28,499 nucleotides of DNA from a virus (IMGVR_UViG_3300033076_001405:1-28499); one strand, 5' to 3'. Shown: positions 1 to 9,578, counted from the first letter of the stretch. Program-made: numbers and translations. Notes: generated by a model not told the origin, from the letters alone.

Positions 1-74
1 TCAATGAATGCTTCCTTATATTTTTTATTAATCAAATATTCAATTTGATCTTGAGTTTCTATTAGCCAAAACAT
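1..74 (-). CDS. N-terminal fragment of a gene running off the left edge (MFWLIETQDQIEYLINKKYKEAFI...); product uncertain, possibly the start of a phage DNA polymerase A-type gene
   Basis: ATG at 74 (cat at 72-74) with an open frame to the window edge, on the same strand as all other genes. The product guess is a weak recollection from only 24 residues. Confidence 0.55.
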   Translation of the reverse strand, partial: MFWLIETQDQIEYLINKKYKEAFI

Positions 75-82
75 TTATAACC

Positions 83-104
83 TATTTTACACTAAGGTAA
101 AATA
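83..104. other. Short perfect inverted repeat TATTTTAC-N6-GTAAAATA in the intergenic gap (possible hairpin or operator)
   Basis: 83-90 tattttac and 97-104 gtaaaata are reverse complements. The repeat is AT-rich, so it could be chance. Confidence 0.35.
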
Positions 105-105
105 A

Positions 106-789
106 TTATTTCATGTCTCCAAACTTATGTGAACTTAAATCATTAAGATTATCTCTTGATAATGAACTTATATTTTTATCTGCTCCTTGATAAAATTTAA
201 TATAGTTTTCTTTTAAGAATCTAGATAAACCTTGAAAACCATTATTTTCTTCTATTTTAACTATATTTCTATTAGTTTTATATACTTTTTCTACATTTCC
301 AGATATTTGCCAAGGTATATCTACTACATTATATAATTGCCATAAATACTCACCATTGTGTTCTGCTAAGTTTTCAAAAGTTGATTGATTTATTTCAATA
401 AATTTAAAATCGTTTACCTGTTTGGCAAAATATCTTGTAAAATATCCTACTTGATATTCTTGACTTGTGGGTTGAGGATAATAAGGAACAGGAACTCTTT
501 GAGGAACAAATTGTTCTTTTAAATTTAAAGTATAATTTCCTACTTCTTGAGAATCATTAATATTAGTATTAATTTCAGTAATTACTACATCAGGAGTAGT
601 TTGAATAGAATCCTTAAGATTTATTAACAATTCAGGATACCTTAAAGATTGAGCATCTTTACCCTCATATTTTTCTCCGGTTGATAATTTATAATAAGGA
701 CCAACGTAAGGAGAAAAATCAGATGACCTAACCAATTCTCCATTTGAGAATAAATCTGTTTGAATTTTAGATTTTGGATAGTAAGGCAT
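106..789 (-). CDS. Hypothetical protein, probably baseplate-associated virion protein (227 aa)
   Basis: Long ORF directly downstream of the baseplate genes; no catalytic motif recognised. Confidence 0.7.
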   Translation of the reverse strand: MPYYPKSKIQTDLFSNGELVRSSDFSPYVGPYYKLSTGEKYEGKDAQSLRYPELLINLKDSIQTTPDVVITEINTNINDSQEVGNYTLNLKEQFVPQRVPVPYYPQPTSQEYQVGYFTRYFAKQVNDFKFIEINQSTFENLAEHNGEYLWQLYNVVDIPWQISGNVEKVYKTNRNIVKIEENNGFQGLSRFLKENYIKFYQGADKNISSLSRDNLNDLSSHKFGDMK

Positions 790-800
790 ATTTTTAATTA

Positions 801-3611
801 TTATACAGTTCTATTAGAACTAACTGATAATGTTTCTATTTTGGTTGTCCAATCGTTATTACTTATAGTATGAGAAATACCCTTAATTAAAAAGTCAATA
901 ACTCCTTTTTGAGTACCTGCTGCTCTATAACTATAAGGAAGAACATCTTCTGTTACTGAAAATCTTTCATAATTTCTCATTCCTGAAAGACCTTTCATAG
1001 TAAGAGAAAGATTAAATGGAATAAAAAATGGAGCTGGCATTTCTTTTTTTAAAGCAGCATTACCTGTTAAATATAAAGCTACATCTCTATTAGCTGAACG
1101 AGTACTTTCTATAGTATCAACTGCGAATTTTTTATTCACATAAAGATCGGTAATATTTTTTCCTACGGTTTGTATATTTTCTTGAAATATTTTATCAGGA
1201 TCTAATTTTCCACTTTGAGAACCTTCAATACTATTTTTATCTAATTTTACAGTAATTAATCTATCTACAAATCCTTTATTTAGGGCTGATAAACCGGTAG
1301 CGTTTTCTCCTACAATATTACCGGATGATTGGGCTGATATTGTTGCCATGGAAGCCATATTTGGGGGAAGTTGAACTTGGAAATCAACATTAGTTATGAA
1401 GCTTCCCTTAGGTAATGCTTCTGTCCCTCCAATTCCATATATTTGGAAAATAGCCATTTTATTATTTTTGGCTTCTGCTTCTAAGAGTAATTTTTCAATA
1501 TTTTCTAAACTACTTCCTTCTAATATTTTTAATTGATTAGATTCAGGGTCAAATATTGGTTCTAATTTATTTACATTACCTAAAGCATCATTTATACCAT
1601 TCATTACTGATGTTAAAAATTTGAGTAAATTAGTTTTACCATTTACATCAGTATTTTGATCTAAACATCCAGCTGTAAAGTCAATATTGACAAACATATT
1701 CATCAATCTTCCAGTATAGGCATTATCATTTACTAAGTATCCTTTTAATTCTGGGAGAACATCCCAAGAAGTATTTTTATCAGAATATTTACTAGGAATT
1801 ACACACACTCTAGGATCTGATGAGAATTGAGAAGGGAATCTTAAACAAAAATTTGTTTCAACATTTGTATCAATTGTGAATATTGGATTTCCTGGAGGGG
1901 GGAAATCTGTTGTTGGAACATCTGCTTTTTTAGTATCATCATAATAAAGGATGTTTCCTTGAATCCAATCTAATAAATATCCTAATCGTACATAATAAAA
2001 ATCTAAACTTAATGTTTTTGTTCCGGTTGTTGCTGAATTAGCTGAGTTGGCTATAAAATTTAATTTTAATAAATTATTAGGGTTTTTACCAGCTATTGCA
2101 TCTTGTCTCCAATTATATAATTGAAGATTTAAAGCTGTTTTGTTTTTAGTTTCAACGGAAGTATTAGGAGATAATTGATTTATTTCTTGAGCTTTTGCTA
2201 CATTTTGAGCAGCAGCGGTATAAGCTTTTTGAGCATTTACAGCATCTTGAATAGCTTTATCAGCAGCATTTTCTGCATCTTCTTTTGCTTTTTCTGCTCC
2301 TTTAACTTTACTTTGTTGTGTGTATAAATTTCCTAATAATGTCGATATATTATTATAATTATTTTTAATAGCTAACGACTTTAAAGTAGAAATTCTTTTT
2401 AATATTGCAGAAGCACCAGAAGCTGAATCTGAAAATGTGGAAATATCTTTAGTGTAAATTCCTGATTTTTTAACTAAGTTTTCTGTTTTTACTAAAAGAT
2501 CATACTGTTTATCATATTCTTTTCGAGCAGCATCAATACTTGTCTTATAAGCATCGTTAGCATCTGTTTTAGCTTGATTAGCATTTGATTCCTGAGTAGA
2601 TGCAGCTTGTTTACCTTTTTCAATTGCTTCTTGTTTCTTTTTAAGATCTTCAGTAGTATTTTTTTCAATTACTGGTTGTGCGTTTGGATCTTTTAAAACG
2701 GAAGTATTGATTTTAAGAGTTTCAATTACATCTCCTAAACCTACTAAATTTAATGTAATATCATAAGATCCATCTTCATTAAAAGTCCAAGAAAAATTTG
2801 TTACTTTACCCAACATACCATCATAATTGTAACAATCTTTTTTTCTTTGAGATTGAATTGCTTTAATTATATCTTGTTGAGATGTACCTTCTTTAAAAAA
2901 TAAACCAAAAGGTTCAGTTACAAATTCTTTTCTTTCTACTAAAGGATTATTAGTAGGATCATAAGGAAGTTGTGCTTTTTTAGAATCTAACCAAAGATTA
3001 TGACCCCATTCTAAAAGCATTGTGTAACCTATTCTAAAATATAAAGCATCAAATATTTGAAGTTGTTCAACTGAATAAACTTTGATTTTAACTGTTGCTT
3101 TAGATAATGCTCCTCTATTATAAAATCCTACATCAGCTGCTTCAATTGAAGGCATAGGAACAAAACCTTTAGATGAAATTCCACCCCATCCATAAGCAGC
3201 AATAGTACTTACATAATCATAATTTGTAACACCATTATTATTTACAATACCAAACTTACGATTTGGTTGAAGAGAATTATCAATACCTACTACTCCACCG
3301 AATAAAACACAAGCTTTAGCTAATTCCATTCCTGTGAGATTTTCATCAATTCCTCTATCTTTAAGTTGATTCTGTCCTTGAGTTTTAAGTCTTTCTAATG
3401 CTTGAGCTTCAGGATCTGTAGGATTAGTTGGAGTTTTATCAGTTCCAACATTAACGGATGATGCTAAACGAATAAAAGCATTATTGTTATTTCCATAAAT
3501 TAAATGAGCATCATGTTTATAACGTGCTCCCATAAAAATTTGTCTAGCAGTTATTTGATCTGTAACTGCTTCATCAAAAACCTGGCCAGTGATGTTTCCA
3601 TTTTTTGGCAT
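801..3611 (-). CDS. Putative baseplate hub protein (gp27/gpD-like) with an internal coiled-coil insertion (936 aa)
   Basis: Follows the LysM gene. Has the N-terminal PMPSI...KATVKIKVYS...LLEWG block, GKVTNFSWTFNEDGSYDITLNL and C-terminal FLIKGISHTISNNDWTTKIET, which resemble hub beta-barrel segments. Confidence 0.6.
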   Translation of the reverse strand: MPKNGNITGQVFDEAVTDQITARQIFMGARYKHDAHLIYGNNNNAFIRLASSVNVGTDKTPTNPTDPEAQALERLKTQGQNQLKDRGIDENLTGMELAKACVLFGGVVGIDNSLQPNRKFGIVNNNGVTNYDYVSTIAAYGWGGISSKGFVPMPSIEAADVGFYNRGALSKATVKIKVYSVEQLQIFDALYFRIGYTMLLEWGHNLWLDSKKAQLPYDPTNNPLVERKEFVTEPFGLFFKEGTSQQDIIKAIQSQRKKDCYNYDGMLGKVTNFSWTFNEDGSYDITLNLVGLGDVIETLKINTSVLKDPNAQPVIEKNTTEDLKKKQEAIEKGKQAASTQESNANQAKTDANDAYKTSIDAARKEYDKQYDLLVKTENLVKKSGIYTKDISTFSDSASGASAILKRISTLKSLAIKNNYNNISTLLGNLYTQQSKVKGAEKAKEDAENAADKAIQDAVNAQKAYTAAAQNVAKAQEINQLSPNTSVETKNKTALNLQLYNWRQDAIAGKNPNNLLKLNFIANSANSATTGTKTLSLDFYYVRLGYLLDWIQGNILYYDDTKKADVPTTDFPPPGNPIFTIDTNVETNFCLRFPSQFSSDPRVCVIPSKYSDKNTSWDVLPELKGYLVNDNAYTGRLMNMFVNIDFTAGCLDQNTDVNGKTNLLKFLTSVMNGINDALGNVNKLEPIFDPESNQLKILEGSSLENIEKLLLEAEAKNNKMAIFQIYGIGGTEALPKGSFITNVDFQVQLPPNMASMATISAQSSGNIVGENATGLSALNKGFVDRLITVKLDKNSIEGSQSGKLDPDKIFQENIQTVGKNITDLYVNKKFAVDTIESTRSANRDVALYLTGNAALKKEMPAPFFIPFNLSLTMKGLSGMRNYERFSVTEDVLPYSYRAAGTQKGVIDFLIKGISHTISNNDWTTKIETLSVSSNRTV

Positions 3612-3612
3612 A

Positions 3613-3933
3613 TTATATTCTATTAATTGTGTTGTAAAGTGTATTAACTAATGATATATTATACGGAATTCTTATTTCAGTTCCAACAGGAATGAATAAA
3701 GAATTTTGAGGAATTATATCAGGATTAGCAGATGCTATAACCCAATAAAGATCTGTATTTCCATAAAATTGTTGAGCTAATAAATCTAATCTATCTCCTT
3801 CAGTAGTAATAGCATATATATCATTTACATCCTTAGGAATTTCAGGATATCTAGTACTTCTTTGAATGGGAAAAAATTTATTTCCATCAGCTTCTGAAAA
3901 TGGTATTAATGGGGTTGATGTGTATCTACTCAT
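3613..3933 (-). CDS. LysM-domain baseplate wedge protein (T4 gp53 / P2 gpX-like)
   Basis: YAITTEGDRLDLLAQQFYGNTDLYWVIASAN...GTEIRIP is a LysM-type motif, in the canonical position after tape measure and tube initiator. Confidence 0.85.
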   Translation of the reverse strand: MSRYTSTPLIPFSEADGNKFFPIQRSTRYPEIPKDVNDIYAITTEGDRLDLLAQQFYGNTDLYWVIASANPDIIPQNSLFIPVGTEIRIPYNISLVNTLYNTINRI

Positions 3934-3935
3934 TA

Positions 3936-5225
3936 TTATAGATTTGTTGAAGTTGGTGAAGTTGTATTTTTATATCCTCCTGCATTGTTATTTGGATCAC
4001 CAGTTTTACCAAATGATATAAATGGAGCATTTACTTGAGTACCATCTATTGATATAGGTGAATTTACTGATGGAAGAACAAATGAGCTATTAACCGTTTC
4101 AGGAATGAAGTTATGAATTGGTGTAAATTTAATACTTTTAATATCAATTAATTTAGGCATAATATAACTACCAGATACTCTTTCACCTAAATCATTTCTA
4201 GCTATATCCCAACCTCCTTCATCAGGAAAGTCAAAGTTAATACCTCTAATTATACCTGGAAGATTGGTTATGTAATCACCAATAGTTATTTTAACTAAAT
4301 TTCCTCTCATAAAACCACCATCTGTATAGTCAGGGGCCATTAGTGATGCTAGGTAATTTAATTTACTATATACTGCTGATTGTTCGTCTTTAGACAATAC
4401 AGGAACCTGAAGGCTGAATCCTAAGTCTCTACTGAATCCATTATATGAATAAAACTTTTCTCCTCTACCCATGTATTGAATTTCTTTCCAATCAGCACCA
4501 TAACTATCAGATAATCCTGTTATGTAAGCTCTGAAGTGGATGTAAGTATTATTTCCAGATCCATCATTATTAATTTTTTGGATATAAAAAGGAACAGTAT
4601 CTGTTAAATAATCTTTTTCAGGACCTGTTTTACTTTCATATAGTGGACTTACAGTTATTTTATCAACTAATCCTTCACTTCTCGCCGCTCGGGCTGCTTT
4701 ACGTTGAACATTTGTTCTATACGTTGGCATTTCACCATAAGTACCTTCACGTGTAAATGTTGGGTTTAAACCAAATGTAAAAGTATTTGGTACACTTATT
4801 CCTGTTGGTGCTAAGGCTGTATTTTCAACGTAAGAAGCAGGATTAATATATCTCCATCTTTTAAGATCACTCCCATATAAGCTAATATTTTGAGAGATCA
4901 TTAAAGCTTGTTCTTTTGCTAAAAATTGAAGCCCTTGTTCACTTATTAAAAATTTACTAATCCTTTCAGTGTCTTGGATAGTTGCTCTAGTTAAAACACC
5001 TTGTCCTCTATATAAACTATCAATTAAAGTTTGAGGTGATTGAGCAGTATCTAAGGATGGAATTGGTGTTGTAATTAAAGGTTTTGATTTTGCTCCATTA
5101 CCCATAACTCCATCATTATTAGGAGTTCCGGCATCCCAAGAAACTTCCCTAGGATTATAAGTATAACCCTTTCCTCGGTAAAATTTAAAAGATTCCGGTT
5201 CTGTAAGTAATGTAACTAAACCCAT
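3936..5225 (-). CDS. Baseplate/tail tube initiator protein (gp48/gp54-like tube fold in the C-terminal half)
   Basis: HFRAYITGLSDSYGADWKEIQYMGRGEKFYSYNGFSRDLGFSLQV...LVKITIGDYITNLPGII motif; synteny between tape measure and LysM genes. Confidence 0.65.
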   Translation of the reverse strand: MGLVTLLTEPESFKFYRGKGYTYNPREVSWDAGTPNNDGVMGNGAKSKPLITTPIPSLDTAQSPQTLIDSLYRGQGVLTRATIQDTERISKFLISEQGLQFLAKEQALMISQNISLYGSDLKRWRYINPASYVENTALAPTGISVPNTFTFGLNPTFTREGTYGEMPTYRTNVQRKAARAARSEGLVDKITVSPLYESKTGPEKDYLTDTVPFYIQKINNDGSGNNTYIHFRAYITGLSDSYGADWKEIQYMGRGEKFYSYNGFSRDLGFSLQVPVLSKDEQSAVYSKLNYLASLMAPDYTDGGFMRGNLVKITIGDYITNLPGIIRGINFDFPDEGGWDIARNDLGERVSGSYIMPKLIDIKSIKFTPIHNFIPETVNSSFVLPSVNSPISIDGTQVNAPFISFGKTGDPNNNAGGYKNTTSPTSTNL

Positions 5226-5231
5226 TAATTA

Positions 5232-5396
5232 TTATTTAGGTAAATTAGCAGTATATTTTGTTGGTTCTGAGGTCAAATCTAATTTTGATGCTTCTTTATA
5301 CTGTTTTTCCAATTTTGATTTTTGTTGATTTTCAATTTTTGGAGTCTGTCCAGATAAGCTTAATGTGCTTGTTTTTAATAAATCTAAAAGTGCCAT
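5232..5396 (-). CDS. Small hypothetical protein (54 aa) not in the ORF track: MALLDLLKTSTLSLSGQTPKIENQQKSKLEKQYKEASKLDLTSEPTKYTANLPK
   Basis: ATG at 5396, TAA at 5232-5234. It fills the gap between the tape measure and initiator genes and is preceded by the ATATTTATA motif. Confidence 0.8.
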   Translation of the reverse strand: MALLDLLKTSTLSLSGQTPKIENQQKSKLEKQYKEASKLDLTSEPTKYTANLPK

Positions 5397-5406
5397 AGTT
5401 TTTATT

Positions 5407-5415
5407 TATAAATAT
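5407..5415 (-). promoter_or_regulatory. Putative late promoter motif ATATTTATA (inside palindrome TATTTATAAATA)
   Basis: Same 9-mer recurs upstream of several structural genes; 10 nt before the ATG at 5396. Confidence 0.6.
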
Positions 5416-5429
5416 TTAAAAATTAAAAG

Positions 5430-8400
5430 TTATTGTTGTTTATATGAACCTAATACTAGCGCTTGGCCTACTTTCTGTCCATCTAGCATTACTACTCCTC
5501 CTTTTTCTATAACAGCAATTAATCTATCTATTTTAGCTTCTAATGCTTTAGTATTAACATTCATAGACTTATCACTATTAAGAGGAACAACTGCTTCAGG
5601 TCCTGCTTCACCAATAAGAGCATTTGTTGGTTTAGAAACTATACCTCCTTCTGCTAATTTTACTTTAGGGAATTTTACTTCTGGGATTGTATCACCTCCA
5701 AATCCTGGAACGTAATCCAACATAGCGTTAATTGCTTTAATTGGGAGGTTTAGTAAAAATTCAAATGATTTAATTACTAAATTAATAAGTCCTTCAGCAA
5801 TTGATTTCAAACCTTGTGCTACTTTGCTAAAATCACCACTAAGGATACCACCAATTATTTGGGCTATTCCTGTGAATATTTGAAGGATTGGTTGTAATAA
5901 AGGTAAAATCATTTTTATTAAATTAACAATTGTCGGTAATAAAAATTCTGCTAATTTAATAAATATTCCTAATATTGGTTTTAAAATAGGAGCAATAAGA
6001 TTAAGTATTTCTGTTACAAGAGGCATTAAAGCATTAATTATTTCCATTGCTATAGGAATCAATTGTTGAAATAGATCTAAAATTATTGGAAGTAATTCTT
6101 TAACAGCATCTAAAATTACATCCATGATAGGTTTTAATGCTTCAAAAATAGTTTGAATTATAGGCACTAAAGCCATAAACAAGTTTTTTATTGGAGGTAA
6201 TAATTGTTTTACCAAATCCATAAAAATACCTGCAATTTCTTGTAATATAGGTTGCATTACTTTTAAAACATCAGTAATAATAGGAACTAAAGCTTTAAGT
6301 ATATCTTGAATAACGGGAAGAAGGGTAGCAAATAAATCTTGTATTATTGGAAGGAAATCTTTAGCCATTTGGATAAAGATATCTAATATTGGTTTAACAG
6401 CATTTAGTATCTCAATAATAAAAGGAACTATCATTTGTAAAGCACTAGATAGATTTTGAGCTACCATTATTACAATTTCTCCAAACACATCTACAATAGG
6501 AGCAATAAGATCCATTAGATTTTCAATAACAGGAGCTAATGATTCAAATATTTGTTTAATAATAGGAAGTAATTTTTCCATTATTTCCTTTAATATAGGA
6601 GCTAATTTTTCAACAATAGGTTTAATTAACTCTATTACTAAAGGACCCATATCTTTGAATAATTCTACTATGGGATGTAATAATTCAAATATTTCAGCAA
6701 ATTGGTTTGCTCTTGCTTCTTCAGCAGCAGCCATTGCTTCAGACATTTTAACAGCTGATTGCATTGCTGCAACTCCTTTATCTTGTTCACTAACCATATC
6801 AGTGTTAGCGGCTGCATTTTCTTTAGCTGATACCAACATGTCTGCTAATCCATCACGAGACATACCAATAGATTTAGCAAATGCTTCTTGCTGAACGCGG
6901 TTCATCTTTTGGTAATCTTCAATAGAACCAAATTGATTAGCAATTTCAGTCATTAAAGTTTTAGTATCATTATTTAAAGCTGCTTCTCTTGCTTTTTCAA
7001 GATTTAATTCTTTACCAGTAAGCAATTCTGCTTCCATTTCTGCAGCAAGTGAATCTTCAATATTTAATAAACTGTTAGCTACATCTTCTACTTTAGATAA
7101 TTCTAAACCTAATTTTTTAGATTGAATAAAGGCATCAGTTAATCCTACAGCTGAGCCTGCAAAATTAAGTTTCATGGTGTTAGATACTTTAGTAACACCA
7201 TCCATAACTTGTCTTAAACTAACGTTAACCTTTTGAGTTTTAATAGATGATTGGGCGGTTCTAGCCATTTCATCGGCTACTTTTCCAGCATCTTCTCCAG
7301 TTAATTTAGACATTTTTTGGATTCCTGCTATACTTTCAGCTGACATTCCAGCAAAAACATTTAATTTCATAAATGTTTGAAGTGTGCTTTTTGATAATTT
7401 TTCAGCACCATCTAATGACGAATATATAGCTCCGGCAGCTGCTGTAGCTTGACCACCAGTAATACCCATAGCACCTCCTATTGCTCTAACATCTCCTAAT
7501 AAACCATTTGCTGTTTTTTGAGAAACACCTAATGTTCTAGCAAAATCAACGTTTTCATCACTTAATCTTATAGCAGCTTCATGTCCTTTTTCATAGGCTT
7601 TTGTAATAGCTCCTATAGCACCTAAAATAAGTCCCATAGGACCTAAAGCTGATTTTAAAGTAGCACCAAAAGATTTAGCCATTACTCCTAATTTACCAAA
7701 AGCACCAAGAGTTTTTTTCCCCCCATCTGTGGCTTCGTAAGCAAATTCTTTTGTTTTTTCTGATAATTTGGACATGGTTTTACCTAAAAAGGTATTTTCC
7801 ATTCCTAATTTTTCCATTATTTTAGAACCAGCTTCTAAAGATCGCCCAAAGGTTCCTTGAGCTTTATTTATATTTTCTTGTCGTTTTAAATGATCATCAA
7901 GAAATTCTTTATTTGTTTCTAATAATTTAGAAGTTTCTCCAAGAATAGAATATTGTCTTTCTTCAAGAGTTAACTCCTCTTCCATTTGAGCCGTTAATTG
8001 TTTTTGTAAGAATAATTCTTGACCTAATTCAGCCACCATATCTTCGGCTCCAGCTACACCAGCAGCTTCAGCTTCTCTAGCTTTAGAAAGAGTTGCTTCA
8101 ATATCTTTTAACTTAGATTCTTGAGCTTTATAATTAGCAATATTTTGTTTTCCCTGGTCTCCTATTGTTTTACTTAAGGAAATTTGTTGTCTTGCTAATT
8201 CGTTTTGTAATTTTTTATTTTTGGCAAGTTCTTTTTCAATGTCTTTAACATTAGAAAATTCAGAACTTAAATTTTGTTGAATTTTAACTGCTTGTTTAGA
8301 TAAATCTAATGATATTTTATCTGAAGTACCTTTATCTTTGGCTATTTTATTAATATAAGCCATCTGGTCAGCTAACTGTCCAGCTAAATCTATACTTTCT

Positions 8401-8459
8401 GAAAGAATCTCATTGGATTCTCTCATGTTTTTATTTCTTTTATCTTCAGCAGAGGCCAT
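5430..8459 (-). CDS. Tail tape measure protein (1009 aa)
   Basis: Helical Ala/Lys/Glu-rich N-half, periodic amphipathic L-x-P-I-I repeats, C-terminal LAEGGIVSKPTNALIGEAGPEAVVPL motif; lies downstream of tube and chaperone genes. Confidence 0.9.
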   Translation of the reverse strand: MASAEDKRNKNMRESNEILSESIDLAGQLADQMAYINKIAKDKGTSDKISLDLSKQAVKIQQNLSSEFSNVKDIEKELAKNKKLQNELARQQISLSKTIGDQGKQNIANYKAQESKLKDIEATLSKAREAEAAGVAGAEDMVAELGQELFLQKQLTAQMEEELTLEERQYSILGETSKLLETNKEFLDDHLKRQENINKAQGTFGRSLEAGSKIMEKLGMENTFLGKTMSKLSEKTKEFAYEATDGGKKTLGAFGKLGVMAKSFGATLKSALGPMGLILGAIGAITKAYEKGHEAAIRLSDENVDFARTLGVSQKTANGLLGDVRAIGGAMGITGGQATAAAGAIYSSLDGAEKLSKSTLQTFMKLNVFAGMSAESIAGIQKMSKLTGEDAGKVADEMARTAQSSIKTQKVNVSLRQVMDGVTKVSNTMKLNFAGSAVGLTDAFIQSKKLGLELSKVEDVANSLLNIEDSLAAEMEAELLTGKELNLEKAREAALNNDTKTLMTEIANQFGSIEDYQKMNRVQQEAFAKSIGMSRDGLADMLVSAKENAAANTDMVSEQDKGVAAMQSAVKMSEAMAAAEEARANQFAEIFELLHPIVELFKDMGPLVIELIKPIVEKLAPILKEIMEKLLPIIKQIFESLAPVIENLMDLIAPIVDVFGEIVIMVAQNLSSALQMIVPFIIEILNAVKPILDIFIQMAKDFLPIIQDLFATLLPVIQDILKALVPIITDVLKVMQPILQEIAGIFMDLVKQLLPPIKNLFMALVPIIQTIFEALKPIMDVILDAVKELLPIILDLFQQLIPIAMEIINALMPLVTEILNLIAPILKPILGIFIKLAEFLLPTIVNLIKMILPLLQPILQIFTGIAQIIGGILSGDFSKVAQGLKSIAEGLINLVIKSFEFLLNLPIKAINAMLDYVPGFGGDTIPEVKFPKVKLAEGGIVSKPTNALIGEAGPEAVVPLNSDKSMNVNTKALEAKIDRLIAVIEKGGVVMLDGQKVGQALVLGSYKQQ

Positions 8460-8478
8460 TTAAAAAAATGTTATATGT

Positions 8479-8487
8479 TATAAATAT
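8479..8487 (-). promoter_or_regulatory. Putative late promoter motif ATATTTATA
   Basis: Exact 9-mer 19 nt upstream of the tape measure ATG. Confidence 0.65.
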
Positions 8488-8488
8488 T

Positions 8489-8517
8489 AAAGGGTACCAA
8501 AATTTATGATACCCTTT
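8489..8517 (-). terminator. Stem-loop (AAAGGGUAUCA/UGGUACCCUUU, one G-U pair) after the chaperone genes; possible terminator or processing site
   Basis: aaagggta 8489-8496 pairs with tacccttt 8510-8517. The single mismatch becomes a G-U pair only on the minus-strand transcript. Confidence 0.5.
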
Positions 8518-8529
8518 TAAATATTTGAT

Positions 8530-8779
8530 TTATTTACTTTTTTTCGGTGGTACCCAATCTAAAGTTTCTTTTCCACCTGGTTTGTTTTTATTGATGGCTT
8601 TTTCTTGGGCTTCATTTTCTCTAGAAATAGAATCGGCAATAAATTTATATGTAGCAGTTCTTAACCATATAGGCATGTTATATACTGTTTCAAAATCATA
8701 TCCTCCTCTTCCATTAAAAACTATCTCATGTATAGTTTTAAACACAAGTAATCTATACTCTGGCGTCAGGCCAAAAAAA
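8530..8779 (-). CDS. gp51-like / lambda-T-like C-terminal extension of the tail assembly chaperone, probably expressed by frameshift from the upstream ORF
   Basis: FFGLTPEYR...GGYDFETVYNMPIWLR resembles the NM-x-P-W-x-R-type motif of gp51-like proteins. It overlaps the upstream ORF in the +1 frame across a T7 run and lies between chaperone and tape measure. Confidence 0.65.
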
Positions 8780-9502
8780 TTGAACCTGTAGAGGGATAGT
8801 GACCTCCTCATCACCGTTTGTACCCTCATACATAAATACCATTCTGATATCTGGATTGATTGATTTTAAATGTGATCTAAAAGCGGATGCGTCTTTAGCT
8901 AAAAGATAATTATCAATAAATTCTCTAATGTTTTTAGCATCAGTATCTCCATTTATTGAAAGAATTTGATGTTTTAATCTAGTAGAAAATTCAGGGGAAG
9001 CATTTTTATTAAGACGTTTCATACCCTTAACTTCAGCTTCAATAGCTTTTTCTGTTCTACCATCTAAAAGTTTAAAAGTTATTTTATTTTTAGAATGAGG
9101 TAATTCGAATTCAAATTCATTAATTCCTTTTTCTAAAACTAACGATTCATTAAAATCAACAGTTGGTAATTCAGATAGATCTACTGTTATTTCTTCATTA
9201 TTATAGGTAAATGTATAATCTGCTCCATAACCTAATACACGAGCAGCAACCATTATTGCATTTTTATCACCTAATAATAGATCATCATAATCAAATTTAG
9301 TAACTAACAAAGATTGTAATAGTTTATCGATTACAACTCCTTGTTTAATATAATTTTGGTTAGTAAGAATATCTTCTTCTTTTGCGGTCATGTATTTCAT
9401 TTCAACAACACCGCTTGCTAGAGGATGACCTTCGGGATAAAGTAAACCTTTTGAAGGCAATTCTACAGTTTCTGTAGGGAATTTAAATTTTTTTTCTTCC
9501 AT
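8753..9502 (-). CDS. T4 gp26-like baseplate hub assembly protein / tail assembly chaperone (249 aa)
   Basis: FPTETVELPSKGLLY...MKYMTAKEEDIL...DLLLGDKNAIMVAARVLGYG...FELPHSKNKITFKLL motifs; immediately downstream of the tube gene. Confidence 0.8.
   Translation of the reverse strand: MEEKKFKFPTETVELPSKGLLYPEGHPLASGVVEMKYMTAKEEDILTNQNYIKQGVVIDKLLQSLLVTKFDYDDLLLGDKNAIMVAARVLGYGADYTFTYNNEEITVDLSELPTVDFNESLVLEKGINEFEFELPHSKNKITFKLLDGRTEKAIEAEVKGMKRLNKNASPEFSTRLKHQILSINGDTDAKNIREFIDNYLLAKDASAFRSHLKSINPDIRMVFMYEGTNGDEEVTIPLQVQFFWPDARV
8773..8779 (-). other. Candidate programmed ribosomal frameshift site CAA TTT TTT TGG (U7)
   Basis: Frame 0 reads Q-F-F-W-P-D-A-R-V-stop; the +1 frame reads N-F-F-G-L-T-P-E-Y-R and stays open to 8530. 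Confidence 0.6.
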
Positions 9503-9533
9503 AATTTTTATTTAAAATAACTTTATTGTCGTA

Positions 9534-9542
9534 TATAAATAT
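9534..9542 (-). promoter_or_regulatory. Putative late promoter motif ATATTTATA
   Basis: Exact 9-mer 31 nt upstream of the ATG at 9502, just downstream of the tube terminator. Confidence 0.65.
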
Positions 9543-9546
9543 ATGA

Positions 9547-9578
9547 GAAAAAAAGAAGCTCGCAAAAATTTGCGAGCT
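9547..9578 (-). terminator. Rho-independent terminator after the tail tube gene
   Basis: Stem AGCTCGCAA / TTGCGAGCT (9557-9578) followed on the minus strand by TCTTTTTTTC. A T-rich tract on the plus side suggests it may be bidirectional. Confidence 0.85.

Noticed and set aside
5365-5715. Short plus-strand ORFs (5365-5715, 6655-6894, 8525-8791, 11992-12357, 16334-16516, 20108-20335, 25285-25491)
   Set aside because: Antisense to well-supported genes, mostly with non-ATG starts and no recognisable motifs.
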